From: an uncultured Clostridia bacterium
GTDB lineage: Bacteria > Bacillota > Clostridia > Christensenellales > UBA1242
NCBI GenBank assembly: GCA_947628205.1
Contig: CANQYX010000001.1
Coordinates: forward strand, 4,380-68,379
DNA: 64,000 nt
Direction: 5' to 3'
In this document: one piece after another, positions 54,575 to 63,088 of the stretch
Numbering within the stretch: the stretch's first letter is position 1
Layout of the letters: each line of letters starts with the position of its first letter
Program-made: the position numbers and the translations under genes
The notes under the pieces: model-generated
What the model was told of the DNA's origin: nothing
What the model saw: only the letters and a program-made list of their open reading frames with translations
Database searches by the model: none

Positions 54575-54756
54575 GTCATTCTGAGCGAAGCGAAGAATCT
54601 CAACAAACTATCAAACTCATAGATGTTTCGGTGCGCTAACGCTTGCTCAACATGACACAAATCATGTCATACCGAGCGAGCGTAAGCGAGTCGAGTGTAT
54701 CTCTTTGTTGTTTTGTACTAATTTTTTTAGAGATTCTTCGCGTTGCTCAGAATGAC
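54575..54756. repeat. REP/MITE-like repeat cluster (family 1), four modules as two inverted pairs
   Basis: 54575-54601 (A), 54621-54656 (B, reverse), 54666-54703 (C), 54730-54756 (A, reverse). Confidence 0.85.
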
Positions 54757-54819
54757 AAGTTGAAATTTTATGTTATTGCGAGGAGTTTTTACCATGAAAA
54801 CGACGTGGCAATCTCAACC

Positions 54820-55680
54820 TTAGCAAATTGGTTGGGTTTTTGGTTTGTTTTGCCCGCGCGGATATTGCTTTGGTGTTGGTTTAATTTTTTTAATCAAAAT
54901 AATGTTGCGCTCGCCAAGTGTTTCAGTTTGTTTTTCTGTTAAATTTTTGTTTTCTGTATCTTTATTTGTTTTTGTGGATAAATTTTCATTTTCTATAATT
55001 TCATTTTCCAAACTTGTTGGCAAATTGTAGGTTAAAACTTTTTCAACCTTGCCGCCTAAAATTTCTATTGCTTTTTGTGCCTCGTTTAATTCGTCAGCAT
55101 ATCCGCTACCTTTATAAGCAAGCACAACTCCGCCAACCTTAACAAGCGGCAGCAGATATTCAACAAGCGTGTTCAATTTGGCAACTGCGCGCGCAACGGC
55201 AACATCAAATTTTTCGCGGTTGTTTAAACAAAAATCTTCCGCACGGGCGTGCACTGCGTTTATGTTTGCGTAAGTTTGTTTATTTTTGTGCATTTTAGCA
55301 TTAAAAGGCAAACCTTGTTTTTGTTCTTCAATGGCAAAATTTTGCAAATGAGTTTCTTGAAGTTTTTCGCACAAAACATTTAAAAAATTTACGCGCTTAT
55401 TTAAACTGTCCACCATTGTTAAAGAAATGTCCGGTCTAACAATTTTAATTGGCAAACTTGGAAATCCTGCTCCGCTGCCAACATCAACCACACGCGCGCC
55501 CGGCTTAATTTCGGCAATTGGCAAAATGCTATCCAAAAAATGCTTAACAAAAACCTCGTTCTTTTCGGTTATGGCGGTTAAATTCACCTTGCGGTTATAT
55601 TGTGTAAGCTGCGAATAATATTTTTCAAACTCCGAATTATGTGCCTTTATTTTTTCAATTAATGTTTTAATTTCTTCCAT
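54820..55680 (-). CDS. rsmG: 16S rRNA (guanine527-N7)-methyltransferase RsmG (GidB) with an internal insertion and a C-terminal extension
   Basis: NLTAI...VKHFLDS, VVDVGSGAGFPSLPIKI, ARAVA...L.EY..PL.K.GG...AYKG. Confidence 0.85.
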   Translation of the reverse strand: MEEIKTLIEKIKAHNSEFEKYYSQLTQYNRKVNLTAITEKNEVFVKHFLDSILPIAEIKPGARVVDVGSGAGFPSLPIKIVRPDISLTMVDSLNKRVNFLNVLCEKLQETHLQNFAIEEQKQGLPFNAKMHKNKQTYANINAVHARAEDFCLNNREKFDVAVARAVAKLNTLVEYLLPLVKVGGVVLAYKGSGYADELNEAQKAIEILGGKVEKVLTYNLPTSLENEIIENENLSTKTNKDTENKNLTEKQTETLGERNIILIKKIKPTPKQYPRGQNKPKTQPIC

Positions 55681-55881
55681 AATTTAATTATACAATAAAT
55701 TTGCAAATATTTAAATAAATTATTAAAATATTATAAAATTTTTAATTTTTTAATAATTTTTGCGCATTTTGTAATATTTTTTATTAATTTTTTTGAATAT
55801 TTATTTAATTTTTTAAAAATATTTTATTTAAACAATTTTAAACTTTTGACAAAATTTTGTTTTTAGGTTAAAATATTTTTA

Positions 55882-56955
55882 ATGCAAATTAACTCGGTTC
55901 GGCTAAACAATTTTAGAAATTATGGTCAGGCAAAAATAGATTTTGCGGGTGGTTTAAATTTTATTGTTGGCAAAAACGCGCAGGGCAAAACAAATTTGCT
56001 AGAAAGCATTTACATTTCTAGCATTGGCAAAAGTCCACGCACGCGCAAGGATAAGCAGATTATAAAATTTGGCGAAAGCAAAGCGAAAATTGACCTAGAT
56101 TTTTCCACGCTCGCAGGCAAAAAAAATTTGCAAATTTATTTGGACAATTTAAACAAAAAGTCAATTAAAATTAACGGCCTAAATGTGCTTAAACTCACCG
56201 AGTTGGTTGGCACTTTGTCCGTTGTATATTTTAGTCCGGACGAACTTAAACTTATCAAAGAAGTGCCCGAGGATAGGCGCACATTTTTGGATATTTCAAT
56301 AAGCCAGTTTGACAAAAACTATTTATACAACCTTTTAAAATATGATAAAATTTTGCGCCAGCGCAACACAATTTTAAAGTCAGCAGAAAGTTACGCTAGT
56401 AAAGTTGAGCAACTTAAACTTTTCACTCCGCAGCTAATAGACACAGCCGAAAAAATAATATTAAAGAGGATTGAATTTGTAAAAAATCTTAATCCTATTG
56501 CAAAAGAAATTCACAAGGCAATTACGCTAGACGAAAATTTGGAAATTGAATATAGTTACAAGCCAAAAGATAAGCCAATTAAAGAGGATTTGACCGAGCA
56601 GTTTGAAAAAATTATAAATAAAGAAATTGAGCTCGGTTACACCTGCCTTGGCCCGCATAGGGATGATTTAGAGTTTAAAATAAACGGATTAGATTGCAAA
56701 AATTTTGCCAGCCAGGGCCAGCAGCGAACAGTGGCGTTAGTCATAAAACTTTCGCTTATGGAAGTTGTTAAAAATGAGATAGGCGAATACCCAATTTTGC
56801 TGCTAGACGACGTGCTTAGCGAACTCGATTTGCCGCGCCAAAACCGATTGCTTGAATTTACAACAAAATATCAAACGTTGATAACTTGCACCAACCTGCC
56901 CGAAACAAGCTTGCCTTATAACGAAATTAAAATTGAAAACGGCAGTGTTTTATAA
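55882..56955 (+). CDS. recF: DNA replication and repair protein RecF
   Basis: LNNFRNY...FIVGKNAQGKTNLLESI, SQGQQRT, LLLDDVLSELD. Confidence 0.9.
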   Translation: MQINSVRLNNFRNYGQAKIDFAGGLNFIVGKNAQGKTNLLESIYISSIGKSPRTRKDKQIIKFGESKAKIDLDFSTLAGKKNLQIYLDNLNKKSIKINGLNVLKLTELVGTLSVVYFSPDELKLIKEVPEDRRTFLDISISQFDKNYLYNLLKYDKILRQRNTILKSAESYASKVEQLKLFTPQLIDTAEKIILKRIEFVKNLNPIAKEIHKAITLDENLEIEYSYKPKDKPIKEDLTEQFEKIINKEIELGYTCLGPHRDDLEFKINGLDCKNFASQGQQRTVALVIKLSLMEVVKNEIGEYPILLLDDVLSELDLPRQNRLLEFTTKYQTLITCTNLPETSLPYNEIKIENGSVL

Positions 56956-56956
56956 T

Positions 56957-57053
56957 TTGTATTTTTGTTTTTTGTTTATTTTTTAGTTTTCTTTTGTAAC
57001 TTTTCTTTAAAAGAAAAGTTACAGAAAAGAATAATTAAAACTAAAACAAAATA
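56957..57053. repeat. long T-arm/A-arm palindrome (family 2, copy a)
   Basis: Core gtaacttttctttaaaagaaaagttac, with extended T-rich and A-rich arms. Confidence 0.75.
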
Positions 57054-57102
57054 CATATTGACAAATTTTATATTTGTGTTAGAATAGCACAAGGAGCAAC
57101 AA

Positions 57103-57441
57103 ATGAACATTAAAAAATATTTAAAAAAGTGTGCCGAGCAAGATAGGCAATCAATTTTAGAAACAGAAACATCCAAAAATTTTTTGCAACGCTTAATTAA
57201 AAATAATTTAAATAATCAAAATAAGGGAGAACTAAACGCACAAAATAAAACTCAAGCAAACACAGCAAAAAATTGCATTTGCCCAGATTGCGGCAACACA
57301 TTGATTTTTAACCCAACTTTTGGCAGGTTTATGCACGAAAACTGCGAGGCATTAAATTGTTGGTACGCGGCTAACGAATTGGGCGAGTGTGTGGATAATA
57401 ACGAAATGCGTGCCGAGCGCATTGCTAAATTTGGCTTTTAA
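57103..57441 (+). CDS. hypothetical protein with a CxxC...C zinc-ribbon-like motif
   Basis: Promoter TTGACA-17-TAGAAT and RBS AAGGAG upstream; CICPDCG. Confidence 0.5.
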   Translation: MNIKKYLKKCAEQDRQSILETETSKNFLQRLIKNNLNNQNKGELNAQNKTQANTAKNCICPDCGNTLIFNPTFGRFMHENCEALNCWYAANELGECVDNNEMRAERIAKFGF

Positions 57442-57457
57442 ATTTAAAATTAAAAAA

Positions 57458-57479
57458 GTAGCAAATGCTACTTTTTTTT
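57458..57479 (+). terminator. rho-independent terminator
   Basis: gtagca-aa-tgctac plus T8. Confidence 0.65.
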
Positions 57480-57551
57480 ATTTATTTATTTTTGCTGTTT
57501 CTTTTCTTGCAAGAAAAGCAACTGAAAAGAAAAAAATAAAAAAATAAAAAA
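57472..57551. repeat. long T-arm/A-arm palindrome (family 2, copy b)
   Basis: Core gtttcttttcttgcaagaaaagcaac. Confidence 0.75.
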
Positions 57552-57562
57552 TTCAAAAGCAA

Positions 57563-58912
57563 TTACGCTTTTGAAATTCTAGATTTTATGTCGTTAACCA
57601 ACACTTTGGTGTGCGGGTTGGTTTTTAGTTGTTCATTAATTTTATCGCGCGCGTGCATAATTGTTGTATGGTCGCGCCCGCCAAAGATTGAGCCAATGGC
57701 GGTTAGCGGCATGTTAAGCATATCGTTTATTAAATATATGCACATTTGCCTTGGCTCTACAAACTCTTTGTTGCGTTTGCTTCCCACCAAATCTTCTTTG
57801 TTAACTTTAAAGAAATCACACACCACGTTAATAATTTTATCTGCATCTACATTTGTTTTTTCGCTTTCGCCATAATCTTTAAGTGCCTCACGTGCATCTT
57901 CCAAACTTGTGCTGTTTTTGCCTAGCAAACTGGCATAAAATGTAACCTTAGAAAGAATTCCTTCCAAATCTCTTATGCTGTCGCAGTCCTTTAAAGCAAT
58001 AAAATCCAACACATCGTTATCAATTAAAAAGCCCTCTTCGGCACATTTCATTTTCAAAATTGCCACTTTGGTTTCGTAATCTGGCATTTGAATATCTTGC
58101 ACCAAACCGCTAGAAAAGCGCGAGCGCAAACGTTCTTCAAGCGCGCTCATTTCTTTAGGTGGGCGGTCGGATGCAATTATAATTTGTTTGTTGTTTTGAT
58201 AAAGTTCGTTATATGTATTAAAGAACTCTTCCTGTGTGCTCATTTTGTTTGAAATAAATTGAATATCATCCACCATAAGCACATCAACATTGCGATATTT
58301 ATCTCTAAAGTCAGACGTGTTGGCTGATTTCACATTTTTAACGCTTTCCACATAATCATTAATGAATTTTTCGCACGAAACATACATAACGTTTAGTTCT
58401 GGCCTATGTTCGTTTAAATAGTTGCCCACAGCATGAAGCAGATGAGTTTTGCCAAGCCCAACTCCACCATATATAAACAGCGGATTAAATTTTTTGCCCG
58501 GGTTTTCCGCCACACTGTGCATTGCCGCGCAAACAACTTGGTTAGATTTACCCACAACAAAATTTTCAAATGTATATTTTTTATTGAATTTAGATTTTAA
58601 ATTGGAATTTTCTTTAACCGTTTTTTCAAACTCTTCATCCTGATGCCTTAAACTTTCTTCATATTCATCCCTATCCGTAACCCTAACAAAAGTGTAAGGC
58701 GTAAATTCCGCCCGAACAGCACGCGTTAATTTTTCAAAAATGTTAACCTGATTAACCTGATTTTTGGCAGTAACACTTGGTGCCATCAAAATAAGCTCAT
58801 CATTAGCATATTGAATTGGGCTAAGCGAACTCACCCACAAATCATAATTGACAGCGGTCAATTCGTTTTCTAACCTATTAAGCACCTTTTTCCATTGTTG
58901 ATCTAATAGCAT
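57563..58912 (-). CDS. dnaA: chromosomal replication initiator protein DnaA
   Basis: YTFENFVVG, NPLFIYGGVGLGKTHL, VDDIQF, box VIII, and C-terminal DHTTIMHA DNA-binding helix. Confidence 0.95.
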   Translation of the reverse strand: MLLDQQWKKVLNRLENELTAVNYDLWVSSLSPIQYANDELILMAPSVTAKNQVNQVNIFEKLTRAVRAEFTPYTFVRVTDRDEYEESLRHQDEEFEKTVKENSNLKSKFNKKYTFENFVVGKSNQVVCAAMHSVAENPGKKFNPLFIYGGVGLGKTHLLHAVGNYLNEHRPELNVMYVSCEKFINDYVESVKNVKSANTSDFRDKYRNVDVLMVDDIQFISNKMSTQEEFFNTYNELYQNNKQIIIASDRPPKEMSALEERLRSRFSSGLVQDIQMPDYETKVAILKMKCAEEGFLIDNDVLDFIALKDCDSIRDLEGILSKVTFYASLLGKNSTSLEDAREALKDYGESEKTNVDADKIINVVCDFFKVNKEDLVGSKRNKEFVEPRQMCIYLINDMLNMPLTAIGSIFGGRDHTTIMHARDKINEQLKTNPHTKVLVNDIKSRISKA

Positions 58913-58959
58913 ACCTTTCTCCTGTGTATATTTTACTTATTTAATTTGTGATTGTCAAG

Positions 58960-59065
58960 TTTTTATTTATTTTTATTTTATTTTAAAATTTCTTTTGTTT
59001 CTTTTCTTGCAAGAAAAGAAACTGAAAAGAAAAGTTATAACTAAAAAATAAAAAAAACAAAAATT
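58960..59065. repeat. long T-arm/A-arm palindrome (family 2, copy c)
   Basis: Perfect 26-nt core gtttcttttcttgcaagaaaagaaac, with extended arms. Confidence 0.8.
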
Positions 59066-59399
59066 CAACTTATACACATAAAAATGTGAGTTATGCACGC
59101 AATTTACACATGGTTTTGCACAGGTTTTGTGGAAAAGTTTTTACAATATATTGTATTTGTATTTATTTTTATGTCTAAATATTGTATTGTTGGTAACTTG
59201 TCCACATTTCCACCGCTATATAATAAAATAATCATTATCAAAAATAATAAATAAAAAATAATAAAAATAAGCGTGGCTGGCTAGGTTAAAAATTGATGCC
59301 TAAAAAATCTTAATAAGTGATTAATCTAATTATTAAACTAAAATTGAAATAAGCGTTAACTTAATTGCATTAAACTTATTATAATCAATTCCACCAAAG

Positions 59400-59525
59400 G
59401 TTTTTTATTTAGTGATTTGTGTTTAGGTTGCTTTTTGTTCCTTTTAGCGAAAAAAGAAACCGAACTAAAAGAAAAACAGAAAGAATTAAACATTTAAAAT
59501 AAAAAATAATATAAACAAAAAATAC
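59400..59525. repeat. long T-arm/A-arm palindrome (family 2, copy d, degenerate)
   Basis: ctttttgttccttttagcgaaaaaagaaaccgaactaaaagaaaaacag plus an A-rich tail. Confidence 0.6.
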
Positions 59526-59626
59526 GAAAAATTTTTCTACAAAATTTGCTATTTTGTTTGACATAGTTTGGATAATTTGATAATATAAAAGAGTTAATAT
59601 ATTCAGGGGCTTAAAAGGACGAAAAA

Positions 59627-60724
59627 ATGAAATTTAGATGTGATGGCTTAGAGTTAAGCGAAGCAATTGGTGTGGTTAGTAAGGCAATTAGCAGCAAAAC
59701 CACTTCTCAAATTTTGGAAGGCATTAAACTTGTTTGCGAGAGTGACAAACTTATTTTAACCTCCACTGACTTAGAGATGAGTGTGGAAAAAACAATTCGT
59801 GCCGAGGTGGAAACTGCGGGGCAGACCGTTGTTCCGGGCAGATTGTTTGGCGAATATATTAAAAAATTAACTGCACAGCAGATTGAGTGCGAACTTAACG
59901 AAAAAAATCAGTTAAGGATTGCTTATACCGATAGCGAAGGTTCCATTCAGTGTATGGATATTGTTGAATTTCCTGAAATTAGGGAAATTGAAAAGGCAAA
60001 TTATTTTGAAATTTCTAAAGAGAATTTAAAAGCACTTATCAATAATGTTTTCTATGCTGTTGCACAGGACGATAGCCGCCCAGTTTTAAAAGGCATTTTG
60101 CTTGAAACTAACGGCACGGACATTCGCGCGGTGGCAGTGGACGGGTGCAGGCTTAGCATTTCTAACAAAAAGTTGGAAAATTCAACGGCGGACTTTAAAA
60201 TTATTGTGCCAGGCCGCAACCTAAACGAAATTTGCAAGATGATGGATGGCGAAGGCACGGTTAAAATTTACGTGCACACCAACAACATTATGGTGGATTT
60301 GGGCGACACAATTGTTATCAACCGCTTAATTGACGGGCAATTTATTAACTATAAGCAAATTTTGCCTAAAGATTTTGGCACAATTGTAACAATTAATAAA
60401 GAACAATTTGAGGACGCTATCGACCGCGCCAGCGTGCTTTCCCGCGTGGATAAAAACAATTTGGTTAAATTTGACATTAAAGAAAAGAATTTGATGCTTA
60501 CTTCGAACAGCGAAATTGGCTCTACTAAGGAAAATATCACGGTTGGCGTTAAGGGTAGTGACCTTATTATTTCGTTCAACTCAAAATATTTCAGCGATTG
60601 CTTGCGCGTGGTGGATAATCCGTATGTTAAACTTAATTTCAATAGCCCTATTCAGCCATGCGTTATCACCCCAAGCGAGGGCAACGACTATCTATTCTTA
60701 ATTTTACCAGTTAAAGCTAAATAA
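59627..60724 (+). CDS. dnaN: DNA polymerase III beta sliding clamp
   Basis: MKFRCDGLELSEAIGVVSKAI..., three-domain length, PVLKGILLE, C-terminal YLFLILPVK. Confidence 0.95.
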   Translation: MKFRCDGLELSEAIGVVSKAISSKTTSQILEGIKLVCESDKLILTSTDLEMSVEKTIRAEVETAGQTVVPGRLFGEYIKKLTAQQIECELNEKNQLRIAYTDSEGSIQCMDIVEFPEIREIEKANYFEISKENLKALINNVFYAVAQDDSRPVLKGILLETNGTDIRAVAVDGCRLSISNKKLENSTADFKIIVPGRNLNEICKMMDGEGTVKIYVHTNNIMVDLGDTIVINRLIDGQFINYKQILPKDFGTIVTINKEQFEDAIDRASVLSRVDKNNLVKFDIKEKNLMLTSNSEIGSTKENITVGVKGSDLIISFNSKYFSDCLRVVDNPYVKLNFNSPIQPCVITPSEGNDYLFLILPVKAK

Positions 60725-60761
60725 TTTGTCATTTAAGGCAAAATAGAAAATCAAGCAAAAT

Positions 60762-60784
60762 AAGTGGCATTCGCCACTTTTTTG
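60762..60784 (+). terminator. rho-independent terminator after dnaN
   Basis: aagtggc-attc-gccactt plus a T run. Confidence 0.65.
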
Positions 60785-60900
60785 TTTTATTTTGCTTTTT
60801 TATTTGTTTTAATTTTTAGAATTCTTTTTTGTTACTTTTTTCGCGAAAAAAGTAACTCAAAAAAGTAATTAAAAACAAAAAATAAAAAAAACAACAAAAA
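60781..60900. repeat. long T-arm/A-arm palindrome (family 2, copy e)
   Basis: Perfect core gttacttttttcgcgaaaaaagtaac (60831-60856), with T-rich and A-rich arms. Confidence 0.75.
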
Positions 60901-60917
60901 TATGATATAATAAAAAT

Positions 60918-61907
60918 ATGAAAGCGGAAGAGGTTGAGGAAAGCTTAAGAAAGAGGTTTAAAAAGGAGTTGTTCACTCCATTTTGCAAAGCGATAAATGA
61001 ATACGATTTAATTCAGCCTAACGACAAAATTGCGGTGTGCATTTCGGGCGGAAAGGATAGTTTTTTGCTTGCCAAATTGTTTCAAGAATTAAAGCGCAGG
61101 CGAAATTTCATGGAAACGCGTTGGAAAGAAGAACAAAATGAAGAAAACCAATTAAAGTTAGGTTTAAATAACAAAAGCAATAAAGGTGCATTATCTAATT
61201 CAAACAACGCAAAAACCATAGCGAAAATTGAAACAGATAAAAAACAAAAAAGTATGGATAGAAATAGCAAAAATATGGAAAATCGCAGTTTTGAACTTGT
61301 GTTTTTGTGCATGGACCCTGGGTATAACAAAAAGAATAGGCAGATGATTGAAAAAAACGCTAAATTATTAAATATTCCTATTCAATTTTTTGAAACGAAT
61401 ATTTTTGCAAATGTTGAGCATGTTGAAAAATCCCCTTGCTATCTGTGCGCGCGCATGAGGCGCGGATATTTATATAGCAAAGCAAAAGAGTTGGGTTGCA
61501 ACAAAATTGCGCTTGGACACCATTTTGACGATGTTATTGAAACTATTTTGATGGGGCTATTATATAGCGGGCAATTCCAAACCATGATGCCAAAACTTAA
61601 AAGCACAAATTTTAAGGGTATGCAGCTTATCCGGCCAATGTATTTAATCCGCGAGGCGGACATTTTGCAGTGGTGCAAATATAACGACCTAAAATTTATT
61701 CAATGCGCGTGCAAGTTCACTGAAGGGGTTAAAAACCAAGAAATGGAAAGCAAACGCAAAGAAATTAAAACACTAATTGCAAATTTGCATAAGGGCAACC
61801 AATTTGTGGACACCAACATTTTTAAAAGCGCGGAAAATGTTAATCTAAACACAGTTATAAGTTATAAAAAGGGCAACAAAACTCACCACTTTTTAGATGA
61901 ATTTTAA
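60918..61907 (+). CDS. PP-loop ATPase, TtcA-like tRNA thiolation enzyme, with a low-complexity insertion
   Basis: IAVCISGGKDSFLLAKL (SGGxDS), PCYLCARMRRGYLY, ALGHHFDD. Confidence 0.8.
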   Translation: MKAEEVEESLRKRFKKELFTPFCKAINEYDLIQPNDKIAVCISGGKDSFLLAKLFQELKRRRNFMETRWKEEQNEENQLKLGLNNKSNKGALSNSNNAKTIAKIETDKKQKSMDRNSKNMENRSFELVFLCMDPGYNKKNRQMIEKNAKLLNIPIQFFETNIFANVEHVEKSPCYLCARMRRGYLYSKAKELGCNKIALGHHFDDVIETILMGLLYSGQFQTMMPKLKSTNFKGMQLIRPMYLIREADILQWCKYNDLKFIQCACKFTEGVKNQEMESKRKEIKTLIANLHKGNQFVDTNIFKSAENVNLNTVISYKKGNKTHHFLDEF

Positions 61908-61969
61908 AAAATATTTAATAAAAATCCATAACTTGCAAAAGTTTAATAAACAAACATTTTAATATAATT

Positions 61970-62055
61970 TGGTGCGGCTAACAGGACTTGAACCTGCACG
62001 GTGTTGCCACCACTAGAACCTGAATCTAGCGCGTCTGCCATTTCGCCATAACCGC
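61970..62055 (-). tRNA. tRNA-Leu (anticodon CAG), long variable arm, CCA encoded
   Basis: Reverse complement GCGGTTA...CTAGA-TTCAGGT-TCTAG...GCAGG-TTCAAGT-CCTGT-TAGCCGC-ACCA. Confidence 0.88.
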
Positions 62056-62097
62056 TCGTCGTGTCACGCCTTTAAATTGAATTGTTGCGCTAACGCT

Positions 62098-62145
62098 TCA
62101 CAATTACAATCTTTATGCGGGCACTCCTCTTTCTTGCTCGAAGCA
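62098..62145. repeat. repeat family 3, copy 2 (inverted relative to copy 1)
   Basis: gggcactcctctttcttg core at 62119-62136. Confidence 0.7.
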
Positions 62146-62428
62146 AGTTCTCGCAAGATATTTTTATTTTTTCCATTATGCTAATTTGCTCACAAATTCG
62201 CAATTGTACGATTATAGAAATTACTTCAAGTGTTATTCTATTACAATATAAAAAATTTTGCAACAGTTTATAATCAATTTTAGTTGACTTTTTAATTAAT
62301 TTTATTTTATAATGAAATTACAAAACAATTAAAAGTAGAAATTATCTGTCAACAAAGTTGCCAGACAAATTCAAATTTCGTTCATTTCAGTAAACAGAAT
62401 GAACTCAATTATAAGGAGAAATTTAAAC

Positions 62429-62983
62429 ATGAAAAAGTTTTTTAAAGATTTTAAGGCATTTATCTCGCGCGGAAATGTGCTAGATTTAGCTGTGGGCGTT
62501 ATTATTGGCGGTGCATTTTCGGCAATTATTACCGCGCTAACAAATGGCATTTTAATGCCGCTAATTAATGCGCTATTAGCCGGCAAGGGCAACGGGCTTG
62601 AAAGTGCTTACACTTTTTTGAAGAAGGTGCCGGACGGACTTGGCGGAATTGATTTAGCCAAAAGCATTTACATAGATTGGGGTGCATTTATAACCGCAAT
62701 TATTAACTTTATTTTGATTGCGCTTGTGTTGTTCTTAATTGTAAAGGCCATGATGAGTGCAAAAGGTTATGCAGAAAAGCGCAAAGGCGAGATGCCAACC
62801 AAAGATGAGCGCGCCGCCCTTAAAGCGCAAGGTGTAAATTTAAAGGATAGAAAAGCAGTTGTTGCCGCCACTGCTGAGTTGAGGGAGAAAAACAAACCAG
62901 CGCCAGTTCCTCCAAAACCAACGCAAGAGGAGTTGTTAACTGAAATTTTAACCGAACTTAAAAAACAAAATGAAAATAAATAA
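62429..62983 (+). CDS. mscL: large-conductance mechanosensitive channel MscL with an extended C-terminus
   Basis: FKAFISRGNVLDLAVGVIIGGAFSAII; the ATG at 62429 follows AAGGAG. Confidence 0.9.
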   Translation: MKKFFKDFKAFISRGNVLDLAVGVIIGGAFSAIITALTNGILMPLINALLAGKGNGLESAYTFLKKVPDGLGGIDLAKSIYIDWGAFITAIINFILIALVLFLIVKAMMSAKGYAEKRKGEMPTKDERAALKAQGVNLKDRKAVVAATAELREKNKPAPVPPKPTQEELLTEILTELKKQNENK

Positions 62984-63088
62984 ATTTAAGGGCTATCGTT
63001 AGATAGCTTTTTTAAAAACTTTTTGAAATTGTAAATATTTTTTTATTTCCAATCCATACTAATTTTAGGTAAAAATGAAGGAGGAAAA

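Larger units (their letters stand above)
58913..59626. other. candidate oriC in the divergent dnaA-dnaN intergenic region
   Basis: Degenerate DnaA boxes: TTATACACA 59070-59078, TTATGCACG 59091-59099, ATTTACACA 59102-59110, TGTGGAAAA 59128-59136, TTGTCCACA 59198-59206. An A+T-only stretch follows at about 59217-59270. Confidence 0.55.

Noticed and set aside
55681-55881. The extremely AT-rich 200-bp rsmG-recF gap as the DNA-unwinding element or origin.
   Set aside because: I saw no DnaA-box-like 9-mers in it. It contains the divergent promoters of rsmG and recF, which is sufficient explanation. I kept it only as a remote possibility under the oriC findings.
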